A stretch of DNA of 64,000 bases from NCBI GenBank assembly GCA_041664205.1, contig JBAYLF010000003.1, positions 7,349 to 71,348 on the forward strand. The letters are read 5' to 3'. A model generated the notes under the pieces. It saw nothing but the letters and a program-made list of their open reading frames with translations, ran no database searches and had not been told where the DNA came from. The DNA is from Minisyncoccota bacterium. Lineage in GTDB: Bacteria; Patescibacteriota; Minisyncoccia; Phycocordibacterales; JBAYLF01. Below, one piece after another: positions 1 to 9,406 of the stretch; the stretch's first letter is position 1; the number at the start of each line of letters is the position of its first letter. Both the position numbers and the translations under genes were made by a program.

Positions 1-1116
1 GCCATTATCTCTTCCATCTGACGAAATTGAGATCAATAAATTATTTTCGGCCAAATTTTTGAGTGCAGAAAGGGCAAGTTCCTGATTTCTTCCGCCTTTT
101 CCTTGTCCTGAAAAAGTTACAGTAGTTTCCCCACCCCAAAACAAAACGCTTTTGTTTGGATTATTTTTAATTTCTTCAATTACCATCTTTCCGACATCTC
201 TTGCCTCTCCCTTAAAACAGTCTGAACATATTCTGACATCAAACCCAAGCTCTCGAGCTTTGTCTTGCATCGCATTAAGAGCAAGTTCGTTCGTCACTAA
301 CATAATATTATATACTTTTTCAAAATATTTATCTTCCTTAGGAGTTTCAGTTAATCCACAACTATCAATATTGCAAACTTTTAAAACATTATATTTATCA
401 AGAATCTTATTTGCATCTTCCACGGTAGTAGAATCTTTCATGGTCGGACCAGAAGAGATAAAAGCTGGGTCTCCACCCGGCACATCAGAGAAAATCATTG
501 ATATAACTTCTGCAGGATACGCATATTTAGCGAGAAAACCGCCTCTTGCCAAAGACAAGTGCTTTCTTAAGGTATTCAATTCTTCAATTGTAACGCCAGA
601 ATTCGTAAGAGCTTTAAAAATCAACTGTTCATGCTCGCTTGTGCCGCCATTTTCAGGCTGACAAAGCAATGTTGAGCCTCCACCAGAAACCACCATTACA
701 AAAAGATCGTTTTCTTCGCGTTGTTTTAAAAGTTTTATTATTTCAGAGGTCGCTTTTATATTTACGTCTGACGGAAGCGGATGGGTTCCAGTAAAATGTC
801 TTATTTTTTTAAGTGTATACTTTCCGAGAGGCTTAACATCCAAAGCAATTCCATCTAAAATCCTATCACCTAAAACTTCTTCAATAACAACTGAGGCTTC
901 AGTCGCGCATTTTCCTATACAAATTACAAAAACCCGCCTATTTTCAAGCGGAAAATTTTTACCTTTTACAAAAATCTCGCCATTTTCAATTTTAAAATTA
1001 TTTTTTAGCACAGAAAAAGTATCTATTGATCTCAAACCTTCTTCTGCTATAAGCAGGATATTTTTTCTTTCTTCTGTTACTGCCAGTTCATCAAAATTTT
1101 TTATTTTTTGCTCCAT
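1..1116 (-). CDS. glycerate kinase (MOFRL family, GckA/TtuD-like); partial, its 3' end runs off the window start
   Basis: My own reverse-strand translation starts MEQKIKNFDELAVTEERKNILLIAEEGL and contains GTHPLPSD, LFVMVVSGGGSTLLC and GGETTVTFSGQGKGGRNQELALSAL, the hallmarks of MOFRL glycerate kinases. It is absent from the ORF track because no stop codon lies within the window. Confidence 0.75.
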   Translation of the reverse strand, partial: MEQKIKNFDELAVTEERKNILLIAEEGLRSIDTFSVLKNNFKIENGEIFVKGKNFPLENRRVFVICIGKCATEASVVIEEVLGDRILDGIALDVKPLGKYTLKKIRHFTGTHPLPSDVNIKATSEIIKLLKQREENDLFVMVVSGGGSTLLCQPENGGTSEHEQLIFKALTNSGVTIEELNTLRKHLSLARGGFLAKYAYPAEVISMIFSDVPGGDPAFISSGPTMKDSTTVEDANKILDKYNVLKVCNIDSCGLTETPKEDKYFEKVYNIMLVTNELALNAMQDKARELGFDVRICSDCFKGEARDVGKMVIEEIKNNPNKSVLFWGGETTVTFSGQGKGGRNQELALSALKNLAENNLLISISSDGRDNG

Positions 1117-1171
1117 GAAAACTTTTTTAGAATAAATTTATTCTATTATAACTAATATAGTTAATGAATAC

Positions 1172-1204
1172 AAAAAAACCCCGATACATTTTATTGTATC
1201 GGGG
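1172..1204 (-). terminator. rho-independent terminator
   Basis: Perfect hairpin CCCCGATACA-ttttatt-TGTATCGGGG preceded on the + strand by A7, which is a U-run on the - strand. It lies downstream of the 1249..1743 gene. Confidence 0.6.
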
Positions 1205-1248
1205 AAGAAAGTTTAAAGTTATACTTTCCAAAACTTGAGTTAAAGTTT

Positions 1249-1743
1249 CTAACTTGCGAAGCAAGCCGCGGGATTGTCATTAAACCAATAGTCATCGAGA
1301 CGGCGCCACTTAATCCAAATCCAACCTAGATCACTTTGAATGCATGGAACATGGAAATATCCAAACCTGTCCATCACAACGGACTTCCAAAAAAATATTG
1401 TTTTGTCTCCAACAAATTTTTGGAAAACTCCAATAGCTTTCTTCTGAACTTCTAAAACATCCTCAAAACCAAAACATCTATTAATGATGTTAATATCCTT
1501 AAGATGTTCGTAAATACGAATACCTCTTATACATTTTTCATCTTTCTGTCCTTCGTAAAGATAAAGTTCAACCTTTGTGAAGTCATACTCTGTCGGTCCA
1601 AGAATTTTCAATTCAGGATCCGCAAGACATACAAAATCAGGTGGTAAAACAAGACAAACAGAACGATCGACACAAATGATAGTATTAAGTAAATACTGTT
1701 CTTCTAAAGTAAATGATTGGATATCATAGATTTTCTGCATCAT
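1249..1743 (-). CDS. hypothetical protein (164 aa)
   Basis: Complete ORF with a strong AGGAGG Shine-Dalgarno 7 nt upstream of the ATG. No recognisable family. Confidence 0.6.
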   Translation of the reverse strand: MMQKIYDIQSFTLEEQYLLNTIICVDRSVCLVLPPDFVCLADPELKILGPTEYDFTKVELYLYEGQKDEKCIRGIRIYEHLKDINIINRCFGFEDVLEVQKKAIGVFQKFVGDKTIFFWKSVVMDRFGYFHVPCIQSDLGWIWIKWRRLDDYWFNDNPAACFAS

Positions 1744-1795
1744 AATAATTTCCTCCTTAAGTAAAAATTTGAGTCTTGTTGTGGGTTAATATAAT

Positions 1796-1972
1796 TTAGT
1801 CTTTTTTTGACTCCTTGATGATTTCATCAATAGCCCAAAAACCAAAAAAAACACCCAACCACACAAATATTCCCGCCAAGCTTCCTGCAAATCCTCCCAC
1901 AATAGGACAACTTACTAAACCTGTTGCAATACCAAGTGAAACAGAAGAAAAAGAAGATATCATCGCTTTCAT
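1796..1972 (-). CDS. small hydrophobic membrane protein (58 aa)
   Basis: My own translation MKAMISSFSSVSLGIATGLVSCPIVGGFAGSLAGIFVWLGVFFGFWAIDEIIKESKKD with an AAAGGTG SD-like motif upstream. It is shorter than the ORF-track cutoff and antisense to the listed 1815..2000 ORF. Confidence 0.35.
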   Translation of the reverse strand: MKAMISSFSSVSLGIATGLVSCPIVGGFAGSLAGIFVWLGVFFGFWAIDEIIKESKKD

Positions 1973-2094
1973 TTTTTTACACCTTTCTTGTTTTTCTTAA
2001 AGCTGAATTGCTTCAAAGAACTACTGATAATCTACATTAAATAAGCATTTTGTCAATGGTTTTTACCCTAACTTTCAATGTTACAATTATTGTT

Positions 2095-2739
2095 ATGAAA
2101 ATCAAAAAAAGCGAAGTAACAATGTTTTTAATAGTTTTATTATCATTTTTAGTTGGCGCTTACTTTTATCCGCAAATGCCAGAAAGAATAGCCTCGCATT
2201 GGGATTATAGAGGCGAAGTAAACGGTGAAATGAACAGATTTTGGGGAACATTCTTGATGCCTATGATCTCCCTTTTGATGCTGGCTCTTTTTATGATAAT
2301 CCCTAGAATTGATCCTCTGAAAGAAAACATCGCACAATTCAGAAAATACTTTGATAATTTCATTGTTCTGATCGCTTCTTTCCTTTTCTATATTTACATT
2401 CTTACAATAATGTGGAATTTAGGGATAAAAATAAATATCATTGAATTTATGTCGCCTGCGCTTGGAATACTCTTCTATTACTGCGGAATACTTATTGAAA
2501 ACTCAAAAATGAACTGGTCTATCGGCATCAGAACTCCATGGACACTATCTAGCGAGAAAGTTTGGGATAAAACTCACGCACTAGGCGGTAAATTATTCAA
2601 AATAGTCGGTATCATTTCCCTCTTTGGAACATTCTTTCCTGATTTCGCAATCGCTTTGATACTTATTCCTATAATTTTGGTCACTGTCTACATTTTCCTA
2701 TATTCTTATTTGGAATACAGAAAAGAAATAGTGAGATAA
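2095..2739 (+). CDS. SdpI/YhfL-family membrane protein (DUF1648)
   Basis: Multi-TM protein with YFYPQMPERIASHWDYRG and IGIRTPWTLSSEKVWDKTH motifs typical of SdpI-like immunity proteins. The start was chosen at MKIKK; the ORF track begins at 2050. Confidence 0.65.
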   Translation: MKIKKSEVTMFLIVLLSFLVGAYFYPQMPERIASHWDYRGEVNGEMNRFWGTFLMPMISLLMLALFMIIPRIDPLKENIAQFRKYFDNFIVLIASFLFYIYILTIMWNLGIKINIIEFMSPALGILFYYCGILIENSKMNWSIGIRTPWTLSSEKVWDKTHALGGKLFKIVGIISLFGTFFPDFAIALILIPIILVTVYIFLYSYLEYRKEIVR

Positions 2740-2767
2740 TAAAAATAAATAAACTATCGATCAAAAA

Positions 2768-3292
2768 ATGTTAAAAAATATCAAATTAGATTTTAATGCT
2801 ATTTTAGAAAGAGATCCTGCTGTAAAAAGTAAATTAGAAGCAATTTTATGCTATTCAGGATTTCACGCATTAATAATTCATCGTATAAGTCATAAAATTT
2901 GGCAACATGATTTTAAACTTATTGCACGAATATTATCTCAAATAAGCAGACATTGGACTGGGGTAGAAATTCATCCTGGTGCTTCTATTGGAAATGGAAT
3001 TTTTATAGATCATGGAATGGGAATAGTAATTGGCGAAACATCTATTATAGAAGACAATGTAACTATATTTCATGGAGTTACTATTGGTGGTGGTCGAGGT
3101 GGACATCAAGGCAAACGCCACCCGACAATAAAATCTGGGGTAATAATAGGCGCAGGATCATCTGTCCTAGGCCCCATTGTTATTGGAGTAAATTCAAAAG
3201 TTGGTGCAGGAGCGGTCGTAATAAAAGATATTCCAGATAATTCAACTGTTATTGGAATACCGCCGTCTCAAAAAATCATGATGAATAAATAA
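2768..3292 (+). CDS. cysE: serine O-acetyltransferase
   Basis: SATase N-terminal motif [32 protein letters not shown] followed by hexapeptide repeats ([30 protein letters not shown]). Confidence 0.8.
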   Translation: MLKNIKLDFNAILERDPAVKSKLEAILCYSGFHALIIHRISHKIWQHDFKLIARILSQISRHWTGVEIHPGASIGNGIFIDHGMGIVIGETSIIEDNVTIFHGVTIGGGRGGHQGKRHPTIKSGVIIGAGSSVLGPIVIGVNSKVGAGAVVIKDIPDNSTVIGIPPSQKIMMNK

Positions 3293-3353
3293 GAATAGTA
3301 TCACCGCATGCAATTTGCATGATAAATTTTACACAAGCAAAATCACAAAAATC

Positions 3354-4592
3354 TTACTCATATCTAAGAGCCTCTATCGGGCTCTTTTTTGACGCTTGAA
3401 GCGCAGGATATGAACCAAAAATAATTCCAATTCCAACTGAACTTACAAGTCCAATAACAGAAGCGGTTATTGGAATACTATATGCAAGCGAAGTTCCTAA
3501 AAATAAACCGATAAGAAATGTAGCAACAACTGACAATCCAAACCCTATCAAAAGTCCAACTACTCCTCCAAAAAAAGTAAGAATCATAGCTTCAAAAAGA
3601 AACTGCAATAAAATATCATTATCAGTTGCACCAATCGCCTTTCTTAAACCAATCTCTTTCGTTCGTTCAGAAACCGACACAAGCATAATATTCATTATTC
3701 CAATTCCTCCTACAACAAGTGATATAGCGACAACAAAGGTAAGAAAAACTGTGAACATATTTATAATGCTCGAAACCTGTTTTATTAATCCTTGTTGTGT
3801 TTGCACAGAAAAATCATCTTTGGTTGGATCAGTTATTTTATGCATATCTCTAAGTAGAGTTTTTATTTCATAAACAGTGCTATCAACTGTTTCAGGAGAT
3901 GACGCTCTCACAGCTATCTGATTATAATATTTTATTCCCATAAGATATGTTTGGGCTGTGGTGTAAGGAACAAGAACTAACTCATCGACATTAAAAAATA
4001 CAACTTGTCCTCTGGGATCAAAAATACCAATGACTCTAAACTTCTGACGAGAAATCTCAATATTTTTTCCTATTGGATCTTCATTACCAAAAAGTTGTTC
4101 TTTTACTTTTGTTCCTATTATCGCCACCTTAGCATTATCTTTTATATCCGAGTCGTAAAAAATATCTCCTTGAGAAACTTTTAAATCTAAAACATTTACC
4201 ATAAATGAAGCTGTAAATCCTAAGACCATCGGTCGGTAAGTTTGATTTTGATATGACGCACTTTTTCCTGCAACTAAAACTTCTGGCGCCACATCAACAA
4301 TATTTGGAATATTAGAAATTGCATCAAGTTCACGCTTCTTAAGTGAATCGGAAAAAAGTATTGATGCCATATCACTAGGACCTGTTGGTTCCTTTCCTGG
4401 GCGAATAATTATTGTTTCCGCACCAAGTCCACCAAGTTCGCCTACTATTACCTTTGAAGCATTTTCGCCAAGTGCAGAGATCATAACAATCGCTGCAACT
4501 CCAACAACAATACCTAAGATAGTTAAAACTGATCTTGATTTGTGAACCAAGAGTCCCCCGCTTGCTGATTTTATACGGTCTATGATTGTCAT
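3354..4592 (-). CDS. ABC transporter permease, MacB/FtsX-like
   Basis: N-terminal TM, a large periplasmic loop and C-terminal FtsX-type TM helices. It is translationally coupled to the upstream ATPase. Confidence 0.85.
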   Translation of the reverse strand: MTIIDRIKSASGGLLVHKSRSVLTILGIVVGVAAIVMISALGENASKVIVGELGGLGAETIIIRPGKEPTGPSDMASILFSDSLKKRELDAISNIPNIVDVAPEVLVAGKSASYQNQTYRPMVLGFTASFMVNVLDLKVSQGDIFYDSDIKDNAKVAIIGTKVKEQLFGNEDPIGKNIEISRQKFRVIGIFDPRGQVVFFNVDELVLVPYTTAQTYLMGIKYYNQIAVRASSPETVDSTVYEIKTLLRDMHKITDPTKDDFSVQTQQGLIKQVSSIINMFTVFLTFVVAISLVVGGIGIMNIMLVSVSERTKEIGLRKAIGATDNDILLQFLFEAMILTFFGGVVGLLIGFGLSVVATFLIGLFLGTSLAYSIPITASVIGLVSSVGIGIIFGSYPALQASKKSPIEALRYE

Positions 4593-4595
4593 AAT

Positions 4596-5315
4596 TTACT
4601 TAATCGTATGATTTCCACCAGCTAATAATCGCTCACTTACAGGAATAATTTTGTCGCTTGCTATTTCTCCATCTAAAATATTTATAATTCTTTTTGCGTG
4701 TCTTGCCGTGCCAGTTTCGTGCGTAATAAGAATAATAGTATGCTTTTCATTATCATTAAGCTTCTGAAGAATATTTATAATTGATTCGCCAGATTTGGAG
4801 TCAAGATTTCCTGTTGGTTCATCGGCAAAAATAACTTGAGGATTGTTGATAAGAGCTCTCGCTATCGCCACTCTTTGTTTTTCTCCGCCAGATAAGTGCA
4901 TCGTCATCGCGTCTTTTCTGTGAGTAAGTCCTACTTTCTCAATAGTATCAGTAACAATTTTATCCCATTCAGATCTTTTAACATCAGAATAAAAAAGTGG
5001 CAATTTAACATTTTCAAAAACACTCACAGTGGGAAGCAGATTAAACATCTGAAAAACAAAACCGAATTTTTTATTCCTAATTTTAGCAATTTCATAATCG
5101 GAAAATTCATTCACATTTTTACCTTCAAGCTTATAAACGCCACCAGACATCGGATCAAGCAACCCTAGAAGATGAAGCATCGTAGATTTTCCAGAGCCAG
5201 ACGGTCCCATGATCGCAACGAATTCCCCATCTTCTACGTCAAAAGATACGCCACGCAATGCTTTTGTTCCATCATCGTATTCTTTTTTTAAATCTCTTAC
5301 TTCTATTAGAGCCAT
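4596..5315 (-). CDS. ABC transporter ATP-binding protein (MacB/LolD-type)
   Basis: Walker A GPSGSGKST, ABC signature LSGGEKQRVAIARAL and Walker B IIFADEPTGNLD. Confidence 0.9.
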   Translation of the reverse strand: MALIEVRDLKKEYDDGTKALRGVSFDVEDGEFVAIMGPSGSGKSTMLHLLGLLDPMSGGVYKLEGKNVNEFSDYEIAKIRNKKFGFVFQMFNLLPTVSVFENVKLPLFYSDVKRSEWDKIVTDTIEKVGLTHRKDAMTMHLSGGEKQRVAIARALINNPQVIFADEPTGNLDSKSGESIINILQKLNDNEKHTIILITHETGTARHAKRIINILDGEIASDKIIPVSERLLAGGNHTIK

Positions 5316-5341
5316 AACTTTTATTTAATTTTAATTAAGTT

Positions 5342-6901
5342 CTAATTATTCTTTACGAAGATTATAACTTTGTCATTCTCATTAATACCACTTAAAATTT
5401 CTGAATTTCCATCAGTTCCTCTAAGTCCTACCTGAATCTCTTTTTTAACAGATTGCCCGTTCTCCAAAATATTAACGTATTTTATTCCTGACTCATCAAA
5501 AGCAGAGCGGCTTGGAATAATTAAAACATTCTGTTTTTTATTTGTAACAATATTAATATTCGCAGTCATTCCTGATTTTATCCTGTCATCTTTTTGTTTA
5601 AATTGTAAAACAGTTTTGTATGTAGGCACTCCTTCAATGATCTTAGCGTCCGGCTCAACTGAACTTACAACCGCTTCAAACAAAACGCCATCACCATAAG
5701 CATCAAGCGTAACCTCTGCTGACTGTCCAACTTTTATTTTTGCAATATCAGATTCTGGAATATTGGATTCTATTTCAAATTGTGCGCTGGAGTTTATGGA
5801 AATAACAGAAACTTGTGCTGTTGCGATCTCGCCTCTTTTTGCATTTTGTTTTGCCACAACTCCGTCAATCGGAGAATAGATTACATATTTTCCTAATTCA
5901 GCCTTAACGTTATCAAAACTTGCCTGTGCTATATTAACGTTTGCCTGTTGCGCTTTTATATCTTCAGGTGTTGAACCTGCCTTTTTTACTACAAGATTTT
6001 GGTTTGCAACATCAAGCGTAGACTTTGCTGTTTTAAGTTTTTCTGTAGCAGCAGAAAGATTTGATATGGCAGCATTAGTACTTGTTCTAGACGCAGAAAC
6101 ATCTGCTTTGTATGCATCTATAGTCGTTTGCGAAACATTAGAATTTGGAGTCATACTGTTTATAAGATCCGCCACATCATCAAGGTAGTTATTAATGCTT
6201 GAAAGATAAGCTTGAGCGCTTGATGCAGCTATCTCTAAATCAGAATTCAAATTTGTTTTATTAACAAGATCAGAAAAATTATTTAAGGTGCTTTCCATAG
6301 TTACACGTCCATTTTCAACTTTTGATTTTAAATCGGAAAAAGGAGTAATAAAACTAAGTTGAGGATTAGGTCCTCGCGGATTGCTCATAAATTGATCAAC
6401 TTGATTATGAATCGAATCGTCTGATCTTGTGTAAGAATCATTTATTTTATCAAAAAGATTTTGTTTTGAATCATTGTATGAAACTACGGCATTATTAGCC
6501 TGAATTTCAACCAAACGTATTTCCTCCGGTCTAGTTCCAACTTTTAATTCATCTAATTTCGCTTGTTCAGCTTCAAGTTTAGCTTTTGCTTGTTCTATTT
6601 GTGATTCTATATCTGAATTTCCCAAAGAAGCTAAAACTGCCCCAGAATAAACATAGTCTCCAACTGAAACATTAACCTCAGAAATCCTTCCTGACTTTTC
6701 AAATGCTAAATCAACGCTATGCGAAGGCTTTACAGTTCCAGTTGAACTAACTTCTTCAACTACATCTGCTTTTTTAACAGTCTCAGTTTCATATTTTGCT
6801 AAATTCTTCTGATTTAAATAATATTTGTAAGCAAGCGCAGAGAACGCTAAAACTATAACAACTATAGGAATTATAAATTTTATCAATACATCTTTTTTCA
6901 T
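5342..6901 (-). CDS. HlyD/membrane-fusion periplasmic adaptor (MacA-like)
   Basis: N-terminal TM anchor, a long coiled-coil (EQAKAKLEAEQAKLDELK) and a C-terminal beta-barrel region. It is the first gene of the MFP-ATPase-permease operon. Confidence 0.7.
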   Translation of the reverse strand: MKKDVLIKFIIPIVVIVLAFSALAYKYYLNQKNLAKYETETVKKADVVEEVSSTGTVKPSHSVDLAFEKSGRISEVNVSVGDYVYSGAVLASLGNSDIESQIEQAKAKLEAEQAKLDELKVGTRPEEIRLVEIQANNAVVSYNDSKQNLFDKINDSYTRSDDSIHNQVDQFMSNPRGPNPQLSFITPFSDLKSKVENGRVTMESTLNNFSDLVNKTNLNSDLEIAASSAQAYLSSINNYLDDVADLINSMTPNSNVSQTTIDAYKADVSASRTSTNAAISNLSAATEKLKTAKSTLDVANQNLVVKKAGSTPEDIKAQQANVNIAQASFDNVKAELGKYVIYSPIDGVVAKQNAKRGEIATAQVSVISINSSAQFEIESNIPESDIAKIKVGQSAEVTLDAYGDGVLFEAVVSSVEPDAKIIEGVPTYKTVLQFKQKDDRIKSGMTANINIVTNKKQNVLIIPSRSAFDESGIKYVNILENGQSVKKEIQVGLRGTDGNSEILSGINENDKVIIFVKNN

Positions 6902-6906
6902 AAGTT

Positions 6907-7158
6907 TTATTTAATTTTATTTTTTTTAATTATTGTTTTAATTGCATCAAGATGTTCCGACAAATTGGAAGCAAACTGTTCTAATTTTGAAAATTTAGAC
7001 AAAACAATCATATCCGAGTCCATTCCTAAAACAAGAAGTTTATCGCCTTTTTTAAGATCCATATTTTGTCTAGCTTCAATCGGAATTACCGCCTGTCCTT
7101 TCTCACCAATAGTCGTAGTGCCATAAAAATGCTTATTTACATTTATTGGTTTTTTCAT
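6907..7158 (-). CDS. AbrB/MazE/SpoVT-family DNA-binding protein
   Basis: TTIGEKGQAVIPIEARQNMDLKKGDKLLVL matches the swapped-hairpin AbrB fold. It sits at the head of the efflux operon. Confidence 0.6.
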   Translation of the reverse strand: MKKPINVNKHFYGTTTIGEKGQAVIPIEARQNMDLKKGDKLLVLGMDSDMIVLSKFSKLEQFASNLSEHLDAIKTIIKKNKIK

Positions 7159-7279
7159 ATTTAATAATAGCTTAATATTTTTTTAATTTATACCAATAGT
7201 ATACAACAATTTAAAAATCATACAAGTATGAAAAGTAAGTCTCGATAATCATTTTTATTGATAATGGTATAATTTAAAA

Positions 7280-7654
7280 ATGAGTAAAATATACGAACAT
7301 AAAAAAATCATATTTATAGCAATAATAATTATTATAATCTTTGTTTTTATTATTAAAAACAAAGAAAAAAATGCTCCTGCTTCAACACTGGATGAGTTTG
7401 CGAAATGCCTTACGCAAAAAGGAATAATAATGTATGGCACATTCTGGTGTCCTCATTGTCAAAATCAAAAAACAAAATTTGAAGATTCATTCAAATATAT
7501 TACATATATTGAGTGCACTATTAACTTCAAAATATGCACAAATGCAGGGGTCAATGGTCTTCCAACATGGATATTATCAAATGGACAAAAATTAGAAGGC
7601 GAACAGACTCTTGAAAAATTGTCCGAACAATCAAACTGTCCATTAAAGCAATAG
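7280..7654 (+). CDS. membrane-anchored thioredoxin/glutaredoxin-like protein (WCPHC)
   Basis: N-terminal TM helix followed by a thioredoxin-fold with a FWCPHCQ active site. A TGgTATAAT extended -10 lies immediately upstream. Confidence 0.6.
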   Translation: MSKIYEHKKIIFIAIIIIIIFVFIIKNKEKNAPASTLDEFAKCLTQKGIIMYGTFWCPHCQNQKTKFEDSFKYITYIECTINFKICTNAGVNGLPTWILSNGQKLEGEQTLEKLSEQSNCPLKQ

Positions 7655-7740
7655 ACAAAATACGGATTTTATATCCAAAAATTGAAAATTAGATATTCTA
7701 ACAACTTGCTGATATAATTTTTGAATAAATTTGAATAAAA

Positions 7741-8625
7741 ATGTTTAAATTTGATTCAGAAATTAAAAAACAAGTCTCATTAATTATTGTTTTTACTGTT
7801 TTTATAGTGATGTCATATTTTTTCAATGCTGCCATTTATACATACAAACAATCAAAACAACAAACAGCGCTAGTATCTCAAGAATTCATATCCACAACTG
7901 AAAAAACAAATACCGAAATCTTAAAAAATCAACCGACCGAAATTACACCTGAAGGTTCTATAAAAGTTCCAATTATTGTATATCACAGTGTAAGACCTTA
8001 TTACGAAGGTCAAACATTAGAAGAAAAAGAATTTAGTATTACTCCAGACTCATTTGAAAAACAGCTTCAGTATTTAAAAGATAATGGTTACACTACAATT
8101 GCACTTCAAGACATCGCCTTAAGTCTAACTCAAAATAAAAAACTACCTTTAAAACCAATCTCGATTAATTTTGACGACGGATGGGAAAATCAATATGTTT
8201 ATGCCTTTCCTTTACTTAAAAAATACGGATTTACTGCCACATTCTTTGTTTATACAAACACTATAAATCATAGAAATTATTTAACATTAGAACAGTTATT
8301 AGAATTAGATCGCGCTGGCATGGAAATTGGCGATCATACTAAATCCCATCCGTATCTGTTTAAAATAACTGACCCTATAGAACTGCGCGAGGAAATTGTG
8401 GTTAGTAAAGAAAACTTAGAGAAAATCCTTGGAAAAAAAGTTAATGTTTTTTCATACCCATTTGGCAATTCTTCCCCAGAATCTATAGAAATAATAAAAG
8501 AAGCAGGATTTACATTGGCTCGCACTGGATATTGGGGAAAATATCACACATTAAATGATATCTATACTATAAAAAGTATGCAGGTGTCTGAGGACTTTGA
8601 AAAGTTTTTGGGTCTTTTAAAATAA
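7741..8625 (+). CDS. polysaccharide deacetylase (NodB-homology domain)
   Basis: N-terminal TM. Motifs ISINFDDGWENQYVYAFPLLKKYGFTATFFV and GMEIGDHTKSHPYL are characteristic of the family. Confidence 0.8.
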   Translation: MFKFDSEIKKQVSLIIVFTVFIVMSYFFNAAIYTYKQSKQQTALVSQEFISTTEKTNTEILKNQPTEITPEGSIKVPIIVYHSVRPYYEGQTLEEKEFSITPDSFEKQLQYLKDNGYTTIALQDIALSLTQNKKLPLKPISINFDDGWENQYVYAFPLLKKYGFTATFFVYTNTINHRNYLTLEQLLELDRAGMEIGDHTKSHPYLFKITDPIELREEIVVSKENLEKILGKKVNVFSYPFGNSSPESIEIIKEAGFTLARTGYWGKYHTLNDIYTIKSMQVSEDFEKFLGLLK

Positions 8626-8629
8626 TTGC

Positions 8630-9274
8630 TTAGTTTATAGAATCCAAACTTTTAGCGGAATTAACAGAAAAATTTCCAATAGAAATTCGGCGGAGATTAT
8701 TTAAAGTTGCAACAGTTTCAAGACGTTCACCAAACTCCTCGGTTATGCTTCTTATGTAAGTTCCGCTTTTTACTTTGAAAGAAATTTCAACAAGATTATT
8801 TTCAGGATCAAAATTCAATAATTGCGCATTAAGAACGGTCATTATTTTTTTAGGTGGTTCTATCTCTTCTTTTTGTCTCGCATATTTATAAAGAGGTTTT
8901 CCTTTTATTTTAATTGCGGAATAAATAGGCACACGAATTTCAATTTCCCCTTCAAGACTTTTTAAAATCTCCTTAATCTTTTCTAATGAAATATTTGTAA
9001 CAGGCTTACTTTCGATAACTTCACCGCAAATATCACCAGTAGAAGTTTTTATTCCTAACAAGATTTCGGCAATATACTCTTTCGACATTCCAAGGAGTTC
9101 ATGCAATTTTTTTGTGCCATTCCCTACTCCAATAAGAAGAAGTCCTGTAGCATTAGGATCGAGAGTTCCAGCATGTCCCATTTTTCTGACTTTTAATTTT
9201 TTACGCAAAATCCGGATCACATCAAAAGAAGTGATTCCTTTAGGCTTATCTATTAAAAGTAATTCCTCAGTCAT
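8630..9274 (-). CDS. truB: tRNA pseudouridine(55) synthase
   Basis: LLIDKPKGITSFDVI...KMGHAGTLDPNATGLLLIGVGNGTK...KEY...LG..TSTGD, the canonical TruB catalytic region. Confidence 0.85.
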   Translation of the reverse strand: MTEELLLIDKPKGITSFDVIRILRKKLKVRKMGHAGTLDPNATGLLLIGVGNGTKKLHELLGMSKEYIAEILLGIKTSTGDICGEVIESKPVTNISLEKIKEILKSLEGEIEIRVPIYSAIKIKGKPLYKYARQKEEIEPPKKIMTVLNAQLLNFDPENNLVEISFKVKSGTYIRSITEEFGERLETVATLNNLRRISIGNFSVNSAKSLDSIN

Positions 9275-9286
9275 TTTAATTTTTCA

Positions 9287-9406
9287 GAACTTGAATGTTT
9301 GGATGCAGTTCGAGGCGCGAGTGCGGAGCGAACCGAGCAATATTCGGAGTATTGTGAGGGAGCACCGCAAGCGAGCAACGAAGAAATGCGCCAAACATAC
9401 AAGTTC
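9287..9406. ncRNA. candidate GC-rich structured RNA element (unclassified) between pyrG and truB
   Basis: About 120 nt, GC-rich in an AT-rich genome. A 16-bp terminal stem (GAACTTGAATGTTTGG / CCAAACATACAAGTTC, 15/16 pairs) encloses nested stems (GGCGC/GCGCC, TGCGG/CCGCA, CAATA/TATTG). The strand is undetermined. Confidence 0.25.

Noticed and set aside
152-661. ORF-track ORF of 169 aa on the + strand
   Set aside because: It lies antisense within the much longer, well-supported glycerate kinase reading frame on the - strand and its composition looks antisense-like. The glycerate kinase ORF is missing from the track only because it runs off the window edge.
3293-3353. Hairpin GCATGCAA-tt-TGCATG between cysE and the ABC permease, as a terminator
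   Set aside because: It is a short stem with no flanking U-run on either strand. It is at best a weak convergent-transcription stop, so it is not reported as a feature.
7255-7440. ORF 7255..7440 (-)
   Set aside because: It is antisense to the thioredoxin-like gene and dominated by an Ile-rich low-complexity run. It is an artefact of the AT-rich sequence.
9287-9406. tRNA or tmRNA in the GC-rich intergenic islands (also 11124..11226)
   Set aside because: There is no cloverleaf and no GTTCRANYC T-loop with matching T-stem or acceptor stem on either strand. Both are too short for tmRNA or RNase P RNA.
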